A stretch of 30,543 nucleotides of DNA from Bryobacteraceae bacterium (GTDB lineage Bacteria > Acidobacteriota > Terriglobia > Bryobacterales > Bryobacteraceae): NCBI GenBank assembly GCA_035640835.1, contig DASQVJ010000184.1:1-30543 (forward strand), given 5' to 3'. The notes beneath the pieces were generated by a model. It made no database searches, was not told where the DNA came from, and saw only the letters and a list, made by a program, of their open reading frames with translations. Positions 1 to 8,415 of this stretch are shown here, piece by piece. How positions within the stretch are numbered: the first letter of the stretch is position 1; each line of letters begins with the position of its first letter. A program made the position numbers and the translations under genes.

Positions 1-1
1 G

Positions 2-532
2 TTGTCGCCGGTCGCGCTCGGAGTGGTGCTGGCTTACTCGTACACCAAGCGCTTTACATCGCTTTCGCACCTCGTGCTGGGGTTCGCGCTGGGCATTGCG
101 CCGGCGGCTGCCTGGATCGCGATTCGAGGATCGTTGGATGCAAGGATTCTGTGGTTGACTGGCGCGGTGACGTTCTGGACCGCGGGTTTCGACATCATCT
201 ACTCGTGCCAGGACTATGACTTTGACCGGCGCACGGGACTCTTCAGCATCCCGAAATCGTTCGGCATTGCCCGGGCATTGTGGATCTCGCGAATGTTGCA
301 TGCCGCGATGATCGGCTGCTTGCTGGCGCTTTCGGCTTCGTTCCAGCTTGGTGCGGTGGCGCTGGCGGGAGTCGGCTTGATTGCGGCGCTGCTGGTCTAT
401 GAGCATTGGCTGGTGAGGCCGGACGATCTGTCGAAGGTGGGCGCAGCCTTCTTTACTGTCAACGGCTGGGTGAGCCTATTGTTTTTCCTTCTTTGGACAG
501 CGGATATTTATCTTCAGACTCGGAGCGTTTAG
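2..532 (+). CDS. UbiA-family polyprenyltransferase (MqnP-like, futalosine route), 5'-truncated by window edge
   Basis: Very hydrophobic multi-TM ORF with the UbiA second Asp-rich motif [14 protein letters not shown]; lies 8 bp upstream of mqnE. The true start is outside the window. Confidence 0.85.
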   Translation: MSPVALGVVLAYSYTKRFTSLSHLVLGFALGIAPAAAWIAIRGSLDARILWLTGAVTFWTAGFDIIYSCQDYDFDRRTGLFSIPKSFGIARALWISRMLHAAMIGCLLALSASFQLGAVALAGVGLIAALLVYEHWLVRPDDLSKVGAAFFTVNGWVSLLFFLLWTADIYLQTRSV

Positions 533-540
533 ACGTCACT

Positions 541-1662
541 ATGCAGCAACCAATGATCGAGGACTCTCGTTTAAAGCCAATTCTGGACAAAGTACTGGCG
601 TCGGAGAGGCTGACTTTTGATGACGGCTTGAAGCTCTACGGGTCCTCTGACCTGCTTGCAGTCGGCTACATGGCGAACCTTGTCCGCGAGCGACTCCATG
701 GCGATACGACGTACTTCAATGTGAACCGGCACATTAACCCTACGGACGTGTGCGTTGCCAGTTGCCGTCTGTGTGCGTTCGGCAAGCGGGTGCGCGACGA
801 GCGGGCGTACACGATGTCGTTGGAAGAGGTCTGGCATCGCGCGGGCGAGGGTTGGACGGAGGCGGTGACCGAGTTCCACATCGTCGGCGGGTTGCATCCG
901 GAGTTGTCGCTTGACTGGTTCTGTCAGATGATCGCGGGACTCAAGGAACGGTTCCCGCAGGTACATCTCAAGGCCTTCACGATGGTGGAGGTCGCGTACC
1001 TGGCGAAGAGGGCGAAGCTGTCGATTCGGGACACGCTGGTCAAGCTTAAGGAAGCAGGAGTGGACTCGTTGCCCGGCGGTGGCGCGGAGATTTTCTCGGA
1101 GCGCGTGCGCCGGATCATCTGCGATCACAAGATCGATGGGAACGAGTGGCTCGAGACGGCTAAGACTGCCCATCAGATCGGGCTGAAGAGCAATTGCACG
1201 ATGCTTTACGGGCATCTCGAAACGGACGAGGACCGGGTGGATCACCTGGTGAAGCTGCGGGGCGTACAGGCCCAAACGGGTGGGTTCCAGACCTTCATCC
1301 CGCTCGCGTTCCATCCGGCGAACACCGCATTGGAGCACCTGCCGACGACCACGGGCTTTCAGGACATCAAGAACATTGCAGTGGCGCGCTTGATGCTCGA
1401 CAACATCCCGCACATTAAGGCGTATTGGATCATGATGACGCCGCGCATCGCTCAGATCGCGCTGCGCTTTGGCGCCGATGACATCGATGGGACCGTAGTG
1501 GAAGAAAAGATCTACCACGACGCTGGTGCGACTACATCGCAATCGCTGCGTCGAGGAGAACTGCTAAGGCTGATTCGTGCGGCTGGGAGAGTGCCCGTGG
1601 AACGTGACACTCTCTACCGGCCTGTCGAACGGACGGAGTCCGCGTTTACTGTGTTGGTTTAG
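541..1662 (+). CDS. mqnE: Aminofutalosine synthase, radical SAM (CofH/MqnE family)
   Basis: CxxxCxxC (CVASCRLC), YFNVNRHINPTDVC, EFHIVGGLHP, SLPGGGAEIF, IPHIKAYW, FGADDIDGTVVEEKIYHDAGA. ATG at 541; the upstream part of the 406-start ORF overlaps the UbiA gene and is not credible. Confidence 0.9.
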   Translation: MQQPMIEDSRLKPILDKVLASERLTFDDGLKLYGSSDLLAVGYMANLVRERLHGDTTYFNVNRHINPTDVCVASCRLCAFGKRVRDERAYTMSLEEVWHRAGEGWTEAVTEFHIVGGLHPELSLDWFCQMIAGLKERFPQVHLKAFTMVEVAYLAKRAKLSIRDTLVKLKEAGVDSLPGGGAEIFSERVRRIICDHKIDGNEWLETAKTAHQIGLKSNCTMLYGHLETDEDRVDHLVKLRGVQAQTGGFQTFIPLAFHPANTALEHLPTTTGFQDIKNIAVARLMLDNIPHIKAYWIMMTPRIAQIALRFGADDIDGTVVEEKIYHDAGATTSQSLRRGELLRLIRAAGRVPVERDTLYRPVERTESAFTVLV

Positions 1663-3002
1663 CCAACGATCTGCATGTTGGCGGGGTCCCAGCCGACCGC
1701 CTGTTTGCGCTCGTAACTGATGTTCGAAAGCAGCGCCGGCCCGGCTGCTCGAAGACCGAACGTCGAGTCCTCAATCACCGGCTTGCGCGATCGGATCGCT
1801 TCGATAAAGTTGCGATGGTGATCGTGGTGATCGTTGTAGCCGCGTGGTGGGGCATAGCGCTCTTCTGAAGTCGGACGGATGGCATCCGAAACGATTCTCT
1901 GTTCCGGATACTTCTTGCGGTACTCGTTCAAGAACTGATCCTGGATCGCTTGCGGGAAGGTCTCGATATTGTAGCCGGGCTGGGCTTCGCGCGGCGTCTT
2001 CTGCACGGTGACTGCGTTTCCGACGTTGATGATCCCTTCGCTGCCCACGAACCGAAAGCCCGACGTCTCACCGGCGCCACTCACGAAGTTGACGCGGAGA
2101 GCCAGGGTGAACGCTGGATGGTTCGGAGTCTCAGGATAATCGAACAGACCGAGCATCACGTCCGGCACGTCGCGTCCGTCGTTCCAGAAGCGCAGACCGC
2201 CGCTCGCGTAGGCTCGTGTGGGTCCCGTGGAATCCATGATGTAGTGCATCCCGCTGAAAAGGTGCACAAACAGATCGCCGGCGACGCCTGTGCCGTAGTC
2301 CTTGTAGTTGCGCCAGCGGAAGAGCCGGATGGGTTCGAAAGGACGCTTGGGTGCGGATCCGAGGAATCGATCCCAATCGATGGTCTGCTGTGATGCATCG
2401 GGCGGAATCGAGTACTGCCATGCACCCTGTGCCGAGTTGCGATCCCACCAGGCTTCGATCAGGTTGATCTTGCCGATAGCGCCGGCCTTCACCAGGTCCT
2501 TAGCCTTCTGGTAGACCACGGAGCTGACTCGCTGACTGCCCACCTGAAGGATTCGATTGTTCTTCTTCTGGGCCTCGATGACGCGCTTACCATCCTCGAT
2601 CTTCTGCACCATCGGTTTCTCGACGTAAACGTCTTTGCCGGCATTCATGGCGTCGACCGCGATCTGGGCGTGCCAGTGGTCGGGCGTCCCGATGATCACG
2701 GCGTCGATCTCAGGCCGCGCGAGCACTTCGCGATAATCGCGCGAGGTGAAAAGGTGGTTGCCCCACTTCTCCTTTGCCCGGATCATGCGACCTTCGTAGA
2801 CGTCGCTGACGGCGACAAGCTCCACGCCGGGCACCAGCAACGAGGAAGTTACATCGCCAGATCCCATACCGCCGGCGCCAATCAAAGCAATCTGGATCCG
2901 ATCGTTTGCGGAGACCGGACGCGTGTTTTGAGCTGCAGCGATCTGCGCGGCCATGCCGACGCCTGCTGTCGAGAGAAGAAAGTGTCTACGGGAAGAGGAC
3001 AT
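1659..3002 (-). CDS. Gfo/Idh/MocA family NAD(P)-dependent oxidoreductase with Tat signal
   Basis: N-terminal SRRHFL twin-arginine motif, Rossmann IALIGAGGMG, IDAVIIGTPDHWH, GKDVYVEKPM; AGGAG RBS upstream of ATG 3002. Confidence 0.9.
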   Translation of the reverse strand: MSSSRRHFLLSTAGVGMAAQIAAAQNTRPVSANDRIQIALIGAGGMGSGDVTSSLLVPGVELVAVSDVYEGRMIRAKEKWGNHLFTSRDYREVLARPEIDAVIIGTPDHWHAQIAVDAMNAGKDVYVEKPMVQKIEDGKRVIEAQKKNNRILQVGSQRVSSVVYQKAKDLVKAGAIGKINLIEAWWDRNSAQGAWQYSIPPDASQQTIDWDRFLGSAPKRPFEPIRLFRWRNYKDYGTGVAGDLFVHLFSGMHYIMDSTGPTRAYASGGLRFWNDGRDVPDVMLGLFDYPETPNHPAFTLALRVNFVSGAGETSGFRFVGSEGIINVGNAVTVQKTPREAQPGYNIETFPQAIQDQFLNEYRKKYPEQRIVSDAIRPTSEERYAPPRGYNDHHDHHRNFIEAIRSRKPVIEDSTFGLRAAGPALLSNISYERKQAVGWDPANMQIVG

Positions 3003-3030
3003 CAATGCACTCCTGATGGGCTTCGAAGGA

Positions 3031-3039
3031 AGCTTATCA
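3031..3039 (-). promoter_or_regulatory. Putative extended -10 (TGaTAAGCT) for the oxidoreductase
   Basis: TG-n-TAnnnT on the minus strand about 28 nt upstream of the ATG; motif match only. Confidence 0.3.
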
Positions 3040-3054
3040 CGCCGAGCAGAACGA

Positions 3055-3085
3055 GGGCGGTAACAGACCCAAGTTGTCACCGCCC
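3055..3085 (-). terminator. Stem-loop after the FmdB gene (terminator-like, weak U tract)
   Basis: GGGCGGTAACA (3055-3065) and TGTCACCGCCC (3075-3085) form an 11-bp stem with one non-Watson-Crick position (G-U on the minus-strand RNA) and a 9-nt loop, 9 nt past the FmdB stop. Confidence 0.55.
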
Positions 3086-3094
3086 GCCGTGAGA

Positions 3095-3403
3095 CTACTT
3101 GGATTCTGATGTGGATGTGGAACTGCTTGTCGAGGGCTTCGATTCCGTCGAGCTCGATGAAGACTCGCCCGACGTCGACTTTCCGTTCTTCTCAGTGCTC
3201 GACCCGTTCCCCGCCTTACTGCCGCTCCTGGCGTAGTCGGTGATGTACCAACCACTTCCCTTGAACTGTAGCGCCGGAGAAGAAAGCAACTTGTCCACTG
3301 CACCGCCGCAACCTTCGTGCGTTGTCAGCGGTTCGTCCGAGAACTTCTGTATTAGCTCGAACGTTTGGCCACACCGATGGCAACGATACTCGTACAGAGG
3401 CAT
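3095..3403 (-). CDS. FmdB-family zinc-ribbon protein with Ser/Thr/Lys-rich tail
   Basis: MPLYEYRCHRCG start, HEGCGG second metal pair, FKGSGWYITDY motif. Confidence 0.88.
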   Translation of the reverse strand: MPLYEYRCHRCGQTFELIQKFSDEPLTTHEGCGGAVDKLLSSPALQFKGSGWYITDYARSGSKAGNGSSTEKNGKSTSGESSSSSTESKPSTSSSTSTSESK

Positions 3404-3422
3404 ACTAGTCTTAGGTTAGCAG

Positions 3423-4715
3423 TTACTGCTTCTTATCTTTCTCGACCTGAGGAGTGAGGATGGGGGACGCGGGAGGCTGGAGGCCTTGTTGGCCACCAGC
3501 GTTACCCGGGAGAGCTGTCTTAGCTGCGGACTTGCCGTTCTTCAGCAACTCGATTCCGCGCTTGAGAATTGGATCTTCACCCTTCGGCGTTGGAGCCGGG
3601 GTGTTCTCATCATTGTCGTCATCAACCTGCTCGATTTCGCTCACCAGAATGGTCGGAGTGACACCTGTGTCCTGGATCGCTTTCCCGCCGGCGTTGTAGT
3701 ATTTCGCCACTGACAGGATCACCGCACCGCCATCATCCATCGTGACGGCGCGTCGAAGAGATGCATCGCCGTAGCTGCGCTCACCGACGAGCTCGCCGCG
3801 CTTGGCATCGAGCAGAGCGGACGCTGCCACTTCAGCGGCGTTCGCAGTTCCGCGATTGATCAGCACCACGACAGGCAGTTTCGAGATCACCTTCTCCGGC
3901 GACGCCTCGTAAGACACTCGCTGGACCTTCTGGCCCTGCAAATACGTGAGCGTTCCCTTATCGACAAACAGATTGGCGAGGGCCGCGCCGTCTTCGGGCT
4001 TACCGACGGCGTTGTTGCGGAGGTCGAGGATCAGCTTCTGGGCACCCTGCTTTTGCAGCGCGGTGACCGCATTAGTGACGTCCTTCAATCGGCCCTGCTC
4101 CATCGACTGGACGTGCACATAGCCGATCTGTCCTTCAAGCATCTTGGAGGCGACTCCGGGGAGAGCCGTATTCGCCCGGGTGAGGGTCACCTTTTGCGGC
4201 TCCGGCTTGCGTAGGCGCAGAACCGAGAGTTCCACACTGCTCCCAGGCTCGCCGTTCAGCAACATTTCGGCGTAAGCCAGCGGCATGTCGCGCGTCGCGA
4301 CACCGCCGATAGACTCGATCAGGTCGCCGGTGCTCAGCCCTGCCTTTGCCGCTGAAGAACCGGGGAGCGCATCCACGACTCCGATGTAACCGTAACGCTT
4401 AGACATGATCAGGCCGACCGTGGCGCGCTTCTGATCCTGTGCCTTCAAATACTGCTTGTACTGGTCTGCATTGAGATAGCTGGCGAAGGGATCGATGGCT
4501 TCCAACATCCCGTTCATCGCGCCAAGGGTGACACCCTTGATGTCGGGCTCTTCTACGTACTCGCTCTTGATACGGCTCAATACTTCCGTGTAAACAGCGA
4601 GATGGCGGTAAGCTTCCTCGGGGGAACCGCTCTTGCCCATCGCTGCGCCGAGCAGGAGCAGCGCGACTAAAACGGTCGAAAACGAAACCAGCAACACCTT
4701 AAAACGGCTATTCAT
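3423..4715 (-). CDS. S41 (CtpA/Prc-like) PDZ peptidase homologue, apparently catalytically inactive
   Basis: N-terminal hydrophobic anchor/signal, PDZ (VGLIMS...LPGSSAAKAGLSTGDLIESIGG), LILDLRNN, VVLINRGTA..E and GERSYG; the catalytic Ser and Lys positions hold Asn and Asp. Confidence 0.85.
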   Translation of the reverse strand: MNSRFKVLLVSFSTVLVALLLLGAAMGKSGSPEEAYRHLAVYTEVLSRIKSEYVEEPDIKGVTLGAMNGMLEAIDPFASYLNADQYKQYLKAQDQKRATVGLIMSKRYGYIGVVDALPGSSAAKAGLSTGDLIESIGGVATRDMPLAYAEMLLNGEPGSSVELSVLRLRKPEPQKVTLTRANTALPGVASKMLEGQIGYVHVQSMEQGRLKDVTNAVTALQKQGAQKLILDLRNNAVGKPEDGAALANLFVDKGTLTYLQGQKVQRVSYEASPEKVISKLPVVVLINRGTANAAEVAASALLDAKRGELVGERSYGDASLRRAVTMDDGGAVILSVAKYYNAGGKAIQDTGVTPTILVSEIEQVDDDNDENTPAPTPKGEDPILKRGIELLKNGKSAAKTALPGNAGGQQGLQPPASPILTPQVEKDKKQ

Positions 4716-4754
4716 GTAAGGCACGACCTTTGGATCCAAATGACCCTTAGTGCA

Positions 4755-4760
4755 ATTGTA
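4755..4760 (-). promoter_or_regulatory. Putative -10 element TACAAT for the S41 homologue
   Basis: Near-consensus hexamer in the 129-bp intergenic gap, 39 nt upstream of ATG 4715. Confidence 0.35.
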
Positions 4761-4844
4761 ACTCTGAGGCGCGCACGTACTTTCCCCGCACAGCTGCCAG
4801 TTACACTCGTTGGACGTGTCCTGAAACGCAGAGGTCTCTGAAAT

Positions 4845-6047
4845 TTAACGACTGATTGACGTTGCGGCTTGCCGTCCCACGATCTTCTCCACCTCGCGGC
4901 GAAGCGGTCCCACACTCTTCCCGAAGATCATCTTGTAAGAGGAACAGAAATAGTCGAGATCGGCGAACTCGCCTCGCTGGCCCTCGCGGAATTTCGGGCA
5001 TCCGGCGTGGCAGATAGAGGCGTACTCGCAGACCTGGCATTCGGGATGGGGAATCGCTTTCTTGCGCGAGAAGCGGTAGCGCTTCTGCTTTCTGGCGATC
5101 TCTGTCCAGGAGTCGAGTTCGAGGTTCCCTAGTTTCCACTCGCTTTGTACGAAGAAGTCGCACGGAAATACGTCGCCGTTGTACTCGACCACCACGTAGC
5201 TGTCACAGCTCTCGTGCATCGTGCAGGTGCCGGGCTTCTGACCAGCCAACGCTTCGGCGATGTTGTCGAAGAAGCGGATACGAACCTGGCGGCGCTCCGG
5301 CCACCACAGGTCGAAGATCTCGCAGAGGAACTTGCCGTACTGCTCGGGCGTGATCGTGAACGGCATGGGAGTTCCGTCTTTGTGAAACTCGGCGAGCGGG
5401 ATGAATTGGATGTTGTCGATGCCGATCGATTTGTAGAACTTGTATAACTCGCGAGGCTTCTCGACATTCGCCTGGCTCAGAACGCAGAGCGCATTGAACT
5501 CCACTTTGTTCTTCTTGAGGATCTCGATGCCCTGCACCACCTTGCGCCAGGTTCCCTGCCCGGCTTTGTTGAACCGGTAGAGATCATGCATTTGCTCGGG
5601 ACCATCGATGGAAACCCCGAGCAGCCAGTTGTACTCGCGAAAGAGCTGGGCCCAGTTGTCGTCGATGAGGATCGCGTTGGTCTGGAGCGCATTGCTGACG
5701 GCCTGGCCATTGCGGCCGTACTGCTGCTGAAGCTTCACGAGGCGCTCGAAAAACGCCAATCCCGCGAGCGTGGGTTCGCCACCCTGGAACGCAAAGACGC
5801 TTTCGGGATACGAGTAGAAAAGCCAGGAATCAACCAAGCGCTCCAATGTCTCACTTGACATGCGGCGACCCGGGAGCGCTTTGTACGGATCGGCGTCGCG
5901 ATCGAGATAAAAGCAGTACGCGCAGTCCAGATTGCAGACTGCAGATGCCGGTTTGATCAGCAGCGAAGTAATCCGCGGAGCAGGCCCGGTGAAGGTACCC
6001 TCGTCGAATATCGGGAAGAGGGCGCTGCGGTCCGTGGCTTGTTCCAT
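4845..6047 (-). CDS. Anaerobic sulfatase-maturating enzyme family radical SAM/SPASM protein (anSME/AtsB-like)
   Basis: IKPASAVCNLDCAYCFY, FQGGEPTLAGL, NALQTN, plus eight-Cys SPASM pattern Cx5Cx14C(D)...Cx2Cx5Cx3Cx17C. Start assigned to ATG 6047 because the longer ORF start overlaps dps. Confidence 0.88.
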   Translation of the reverse strand: MEQATDRSALFPIFDEGTFTGPAPRITSLLIKPASAVCNLDCAYCFYLDRDADPYKALPGRRMSSETLERLVDSWLFYSYPESVFAFQGGEPTLAGLAFFERLVKLQQQYGRNGQAVSNALQTNAILIDDNWAQLFREYNWLLGVSIDGPEQMHDLYRFNKAGQGTWRKVVQGIEILKKNKVEFNALCVLSQANVEKPRELYKFYKSIGIDNIQFIPLAEFHKDGTPMPFTITPEQYGKFLCEIFDLWWPERRQVRIRFFDNIAEALAGQKPGTCTMHESCDSYVVVEYNGDVFPCDFFVQSEWKLGNLELDSWTEIARKQKRYRFSRKKAIPHPECQVCEYASICHAGCPKFREGQRGEFADLDYFCSSYKMIFGKSVGPLRREVEKIVGRQAATSISR

Positions 6048-6160
6048 GGGTTCATTATGTCGCGTAAGCTGCACGACACCGTAACGTCCCGCTTGCATCG
6101 AATCTTTGAGAAGCCGAGAATCCGAGATAGGTACAGCGGTATCTAACCACCGGAGGTTAT

Positions 6161-6673
6161 ATGGCAAAGACAGGTGTGCAAACCCTCGGAGGCGAGAAGA
6201 TCAACATCGGCCTCAATGACGAGCAGAGGGCAAAGATCATTGAAGCACTCAATAAGGTTCTAGCGGACGAGCACGTCCTCTACATCAAGACGAGAAATTA
6301 TCACTGGAATGTGACCGGTCCCCGGTTCCACGACCTGCATTTGTTTTTAGAGAAGCAATACGAGCAGGTCGCAGACATCATCGACGAAGTGGCTGAGAAT
6401 GCGCGCCAGTTTGGCGGGTTCGCGTTCGGCACACTTCGAGAGTTCATCGAGAACTCGAGGCTCCAGGAGCAACCTGGAACAGTTCCGGATGCCGACACCA
6501 TGGTGAACAACCTTCTCCAAGATCACGAAACGTTGATCCAGGAGTTGCGCCGGGACATCGATCGAGCGGCTGACGAGTTGCACGCCCAGGATGCTGCCGA
6601 CTTCCTGACAGGAATTCTGGAGCAGCACAACAAAATGGCCTGGATGTTGCGCGCGTTCACCCAGAGCCGCTAA
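6161..6673 (+). CDS. dps: Dps DNA-binding ferritin-like protein
   Basis: LYIKTRNYHWNVTGPRFHDLHLFLEKQYE, DEVAE, WMLRA; GGAGG RBS. Confidence 0.95.
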   Translation: MAKTGVQTLGGEKINIGLNDEQRAKIIEALNKVLADEHVLYIKTRNYHWNVTGPRFHDLHLFLEKQYEQVADIIDEVAENARQFGGFAFGTLREFIENSRLQEQPGTVPDADTMVNNLLQDHETLIQELRRDIDRAADELHAQDAADFLTGILEQHNKMAWMLRAFTQSR

Positions 6674-6692
6674 GTTAGAGTTGCCTCCGTTT

Positions 6693-6745
6693 AGGCAGGG
6701 CTGTGCTGACATTCGCGTCAACACAGTTCCTGCCTTTTGTTTTTT
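6693..6745 (+). terminator. Rho-independent terminator downstream of dps
   Basis: AGGCAGGGCTGTGCTGAC-ATTCGC-GTCAACACAGTTCCTGCCT gives 17 pairs with one bulge and one mismatch, followed by TTTGTTTTTT. Confidence 0.8.
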
Positions 6746-6748
6746 GGA

Positions 6749-7780
6749 CTAGCCGAACAGGTCGGGTTGCATGCTGGAGCGGCGACCCCGCGGGATGCCG
6801 AAGTACTCGAAGGCCTGAGCCGTCGCCATGCGGCCCCGGGGAGTGCGCTCGATAAAGCCGAGTTGGAGCAGGTAGGGCTCGTAGACTTCTTCGATGGTGG
6901 ATGGCTCCTCGTCCGTGGATGCCGCGATTGTGCTCAAACCGACTGGGCCGCCGCCGTATTTCTCGAGAATCGTGAGCATCACACGCTGGTCGATTTCGTC
7001 GAGCCCATAGCGGTCAACTTCAAGGAGGTCGAGGGCTGTGCGGGCCTCGCTCAGGCTGATGTGGCCGTCGGCGCGAACTTGCGCGTAGTCTCGGACTCGG
7101 CGCAGAAGGCGATTGGCAATTCTTGGAGTTCCCCGGCCGCGGCGTGCAATCTCCTCAGCGGCATCAGCTTCGATCGTGACGCCAAGCAGAGGCGCCGATC
7201 GGAGCACGATTCGCGTGAGATCGGCGACATCGTAGTGATTGAGTCTGAGGACCAGGCCGAAGCGGGCTCGGAGAGGTGCAGCGAGCAGACCTTGTCGAGT
7301 GGTCGCACCAATCGCGGTGAAGCGGGGGATCGGCATCTTGTGCGCACGCGCCGAAGCGCCCTGGCCGATCACGATGTCCATGTGGAAATCTTCGAGCGCC
7401 GAGTAGAGCATCTCCTCCACATCGGGCACCAGACGGTGGATCTCGTCGATGAAGAAGACCTGGCGGTCACGGATGTGGCTCATGATGCCGGTCAGGTCGA
7501 GCTTCTTCTGCAGGATCGGACCTGAGGTTTGATCGAAGGCGACACCCAGTTCGTTCGCGATGATGGTGGCCAGCGTGGTCTTGCCGAGGCCGGGTGGGCC
7601 GTAGAGCAGCACGTGATCCAGGGCCTCGCCGCGCCGGTTCGCCGCCTCGATAGCGATCGCGAGGTTCTCTTTAAGCTTCGGTTGGCCGGTGAAATCGGCG
7701 AGGCGTCGGGGGCGGAGCGCCGCCTCTACCTGCCGCTCGTCTTCCTGCTGTGCGCCGGAAGCGATACCTGTTGGGCGCAT
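6749..7780 (-). CDS. ruvB: Holliday junction branch migration helicase RuvB
   Basis: LRPRRLADFTGQ, Walker A GPPGLGKT, Walker B FFIDEIHR, RGTPRIANRLLRRVRD, EPYLLQLGFIERTPRGR. Confidence 0.98.
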   Translation of the reverse strand: MRPTGIASGAQQEDERQVEAALRPRRLADFTGQPKLKENLAIAIEAANRRGEALDHVLLYGPPGLGKTTLATIIANELGVAFDQTSGPILQKKLDLTGIMSHIRDRQVFFIDEIHRLVPDVEEMLYSALEDFHMDIVIGQGASARAHKMPIPRFTAIGATTRQGLLAAPLRARFGLVLRLNHYDVADLTRIVLRSAPLLGVTIEADAAEEIARRGRGTPRIANRLLRRVRDYAQVRADGHISLSEARTALDLLEVDRYGLDEIDQRVMLTILEKYGGGPVGLSTIAASTDEEPSTIEEVYEPYLLQLGFIERTPRGRMATAQAFEYFGIPRGRRSSMQPDLFG

Positions 7781-7789
7781 GAATCTCGA

Positions 7790-8395
7790 TTATCTTACGT
7801 ACTCGAGAGCCTTTCGGAACAGTGGCTCGAAGGCACTGTCGGAGATGTTCGCCTTGGCTTTGACCACAGCGGCTTCTGCGGCGGGCCGCTGGCAACCGAG
7901 ATTCACGAGCGCAGACAAAACGTCTTCCTCGAGTGGCGTGAAGGATGGTTTCGATGCCGCCGGGACCGTCGCCGCTTGCGCCACACCTCCAACTCCTTCG
8001 AGCTTGTCGCGGAGCTCAAGCACCATGCGCTCGGCGGTTTTCTTGCCTACACCGGGGATCTTTACGAGGCGCTCGAGTTGGCCCGCGCGTATCGCCATCA
8101 CGAGGTCGCTGACGTGGAGGCCCGAAAGTACGGTGATCGCCAGCTTCGGACCGATTCCCGACACGGAGATGAGCTTCTCGAAGAGCAGCTTTTCATCGAT
8201 GGTGGAGAATCCGAACAGCGCGATGGCGTCTTCCCGCACGTGAGTGTGCACTCGGAGCGAAACTTCGCTCTCACGATCGGGAAGTGCCGAGAAGGTGGAG
8301 ACTGGAATGGTGACGTCGTAGCCGACGCCGCTCACATCCACAATCGCCTGATTGGGATGTTTCTCGAGCAGCCGTCCGCGAAGATGCGCAATCAT
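7790..8395 (-). CDS. ruvA: Holliday junction branch migration protein RuvA
   Basis: MIAHLRG, GVGYDV, THVREDAIALFGF, ISVSGIGPKLA, IPGVGKKTAERMVLELRDK. Confidence 0.97.
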   Translation of the reverse strand: MIAHLRGRLLEKHPNQAIVDVSGVGYDVTIPVSTFSALPDRESEVSLRVHTHVREDAIALFGFSTIDEKLLFEKLISVSGIGPKLAITVLSGLHVSDLVMAIRAGQLERLVKIPGVGKKTAERMVLELRDKLEGVGGVAQAATVPAASKPSFTPLEEDVLSALVNLGCQRPAAEAAVVKAKANISDSAFEPLFRKALEYVR

Positions 8396-8415
8396 CAGGT
8401 GTTAGGTTAACGTAC
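8396..8415. promoter_or_regulatory. Putative bidirectional -10 element for ruvA and rsmE
   Basis: 20-bp spacer. Plus strand TG-t-TAGGTT (8400-8408) ends 7 nt before rsmE ATG; minus strand TAACCT (8404-8409) ends 8 nt before ruvA ATG. No RBS on either side. Confidence 0.5.

Noticed and set aside
571-1542. 323-aa minus-strand ORF
   Set aside because: Antisense shadow of mqnE; no recognisable motifs. Such ORFs are expected in GC-rich DNA.
3423-6047. anSME acting on the downstream S41 homologue to install a new catalytic residue
   Set aside because: The active-site codon is Asn, not Cys or Ser, there is no CxPxR-like motif, and the S41 gene has its own -10 candidate.
6126-6145. AGATA-N10-TATCT inverted repeat upstream of dps as a Fur/PerR-type site
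   Set aside because: Only 5-bp arms and no match to the AT-rich 7-1-7 or 19-bp boxes.
6737-8410. 262-aa and 293-aa plus-strand ORFs
   Set aside because: Antisense shadows of ruvB and ruvA.
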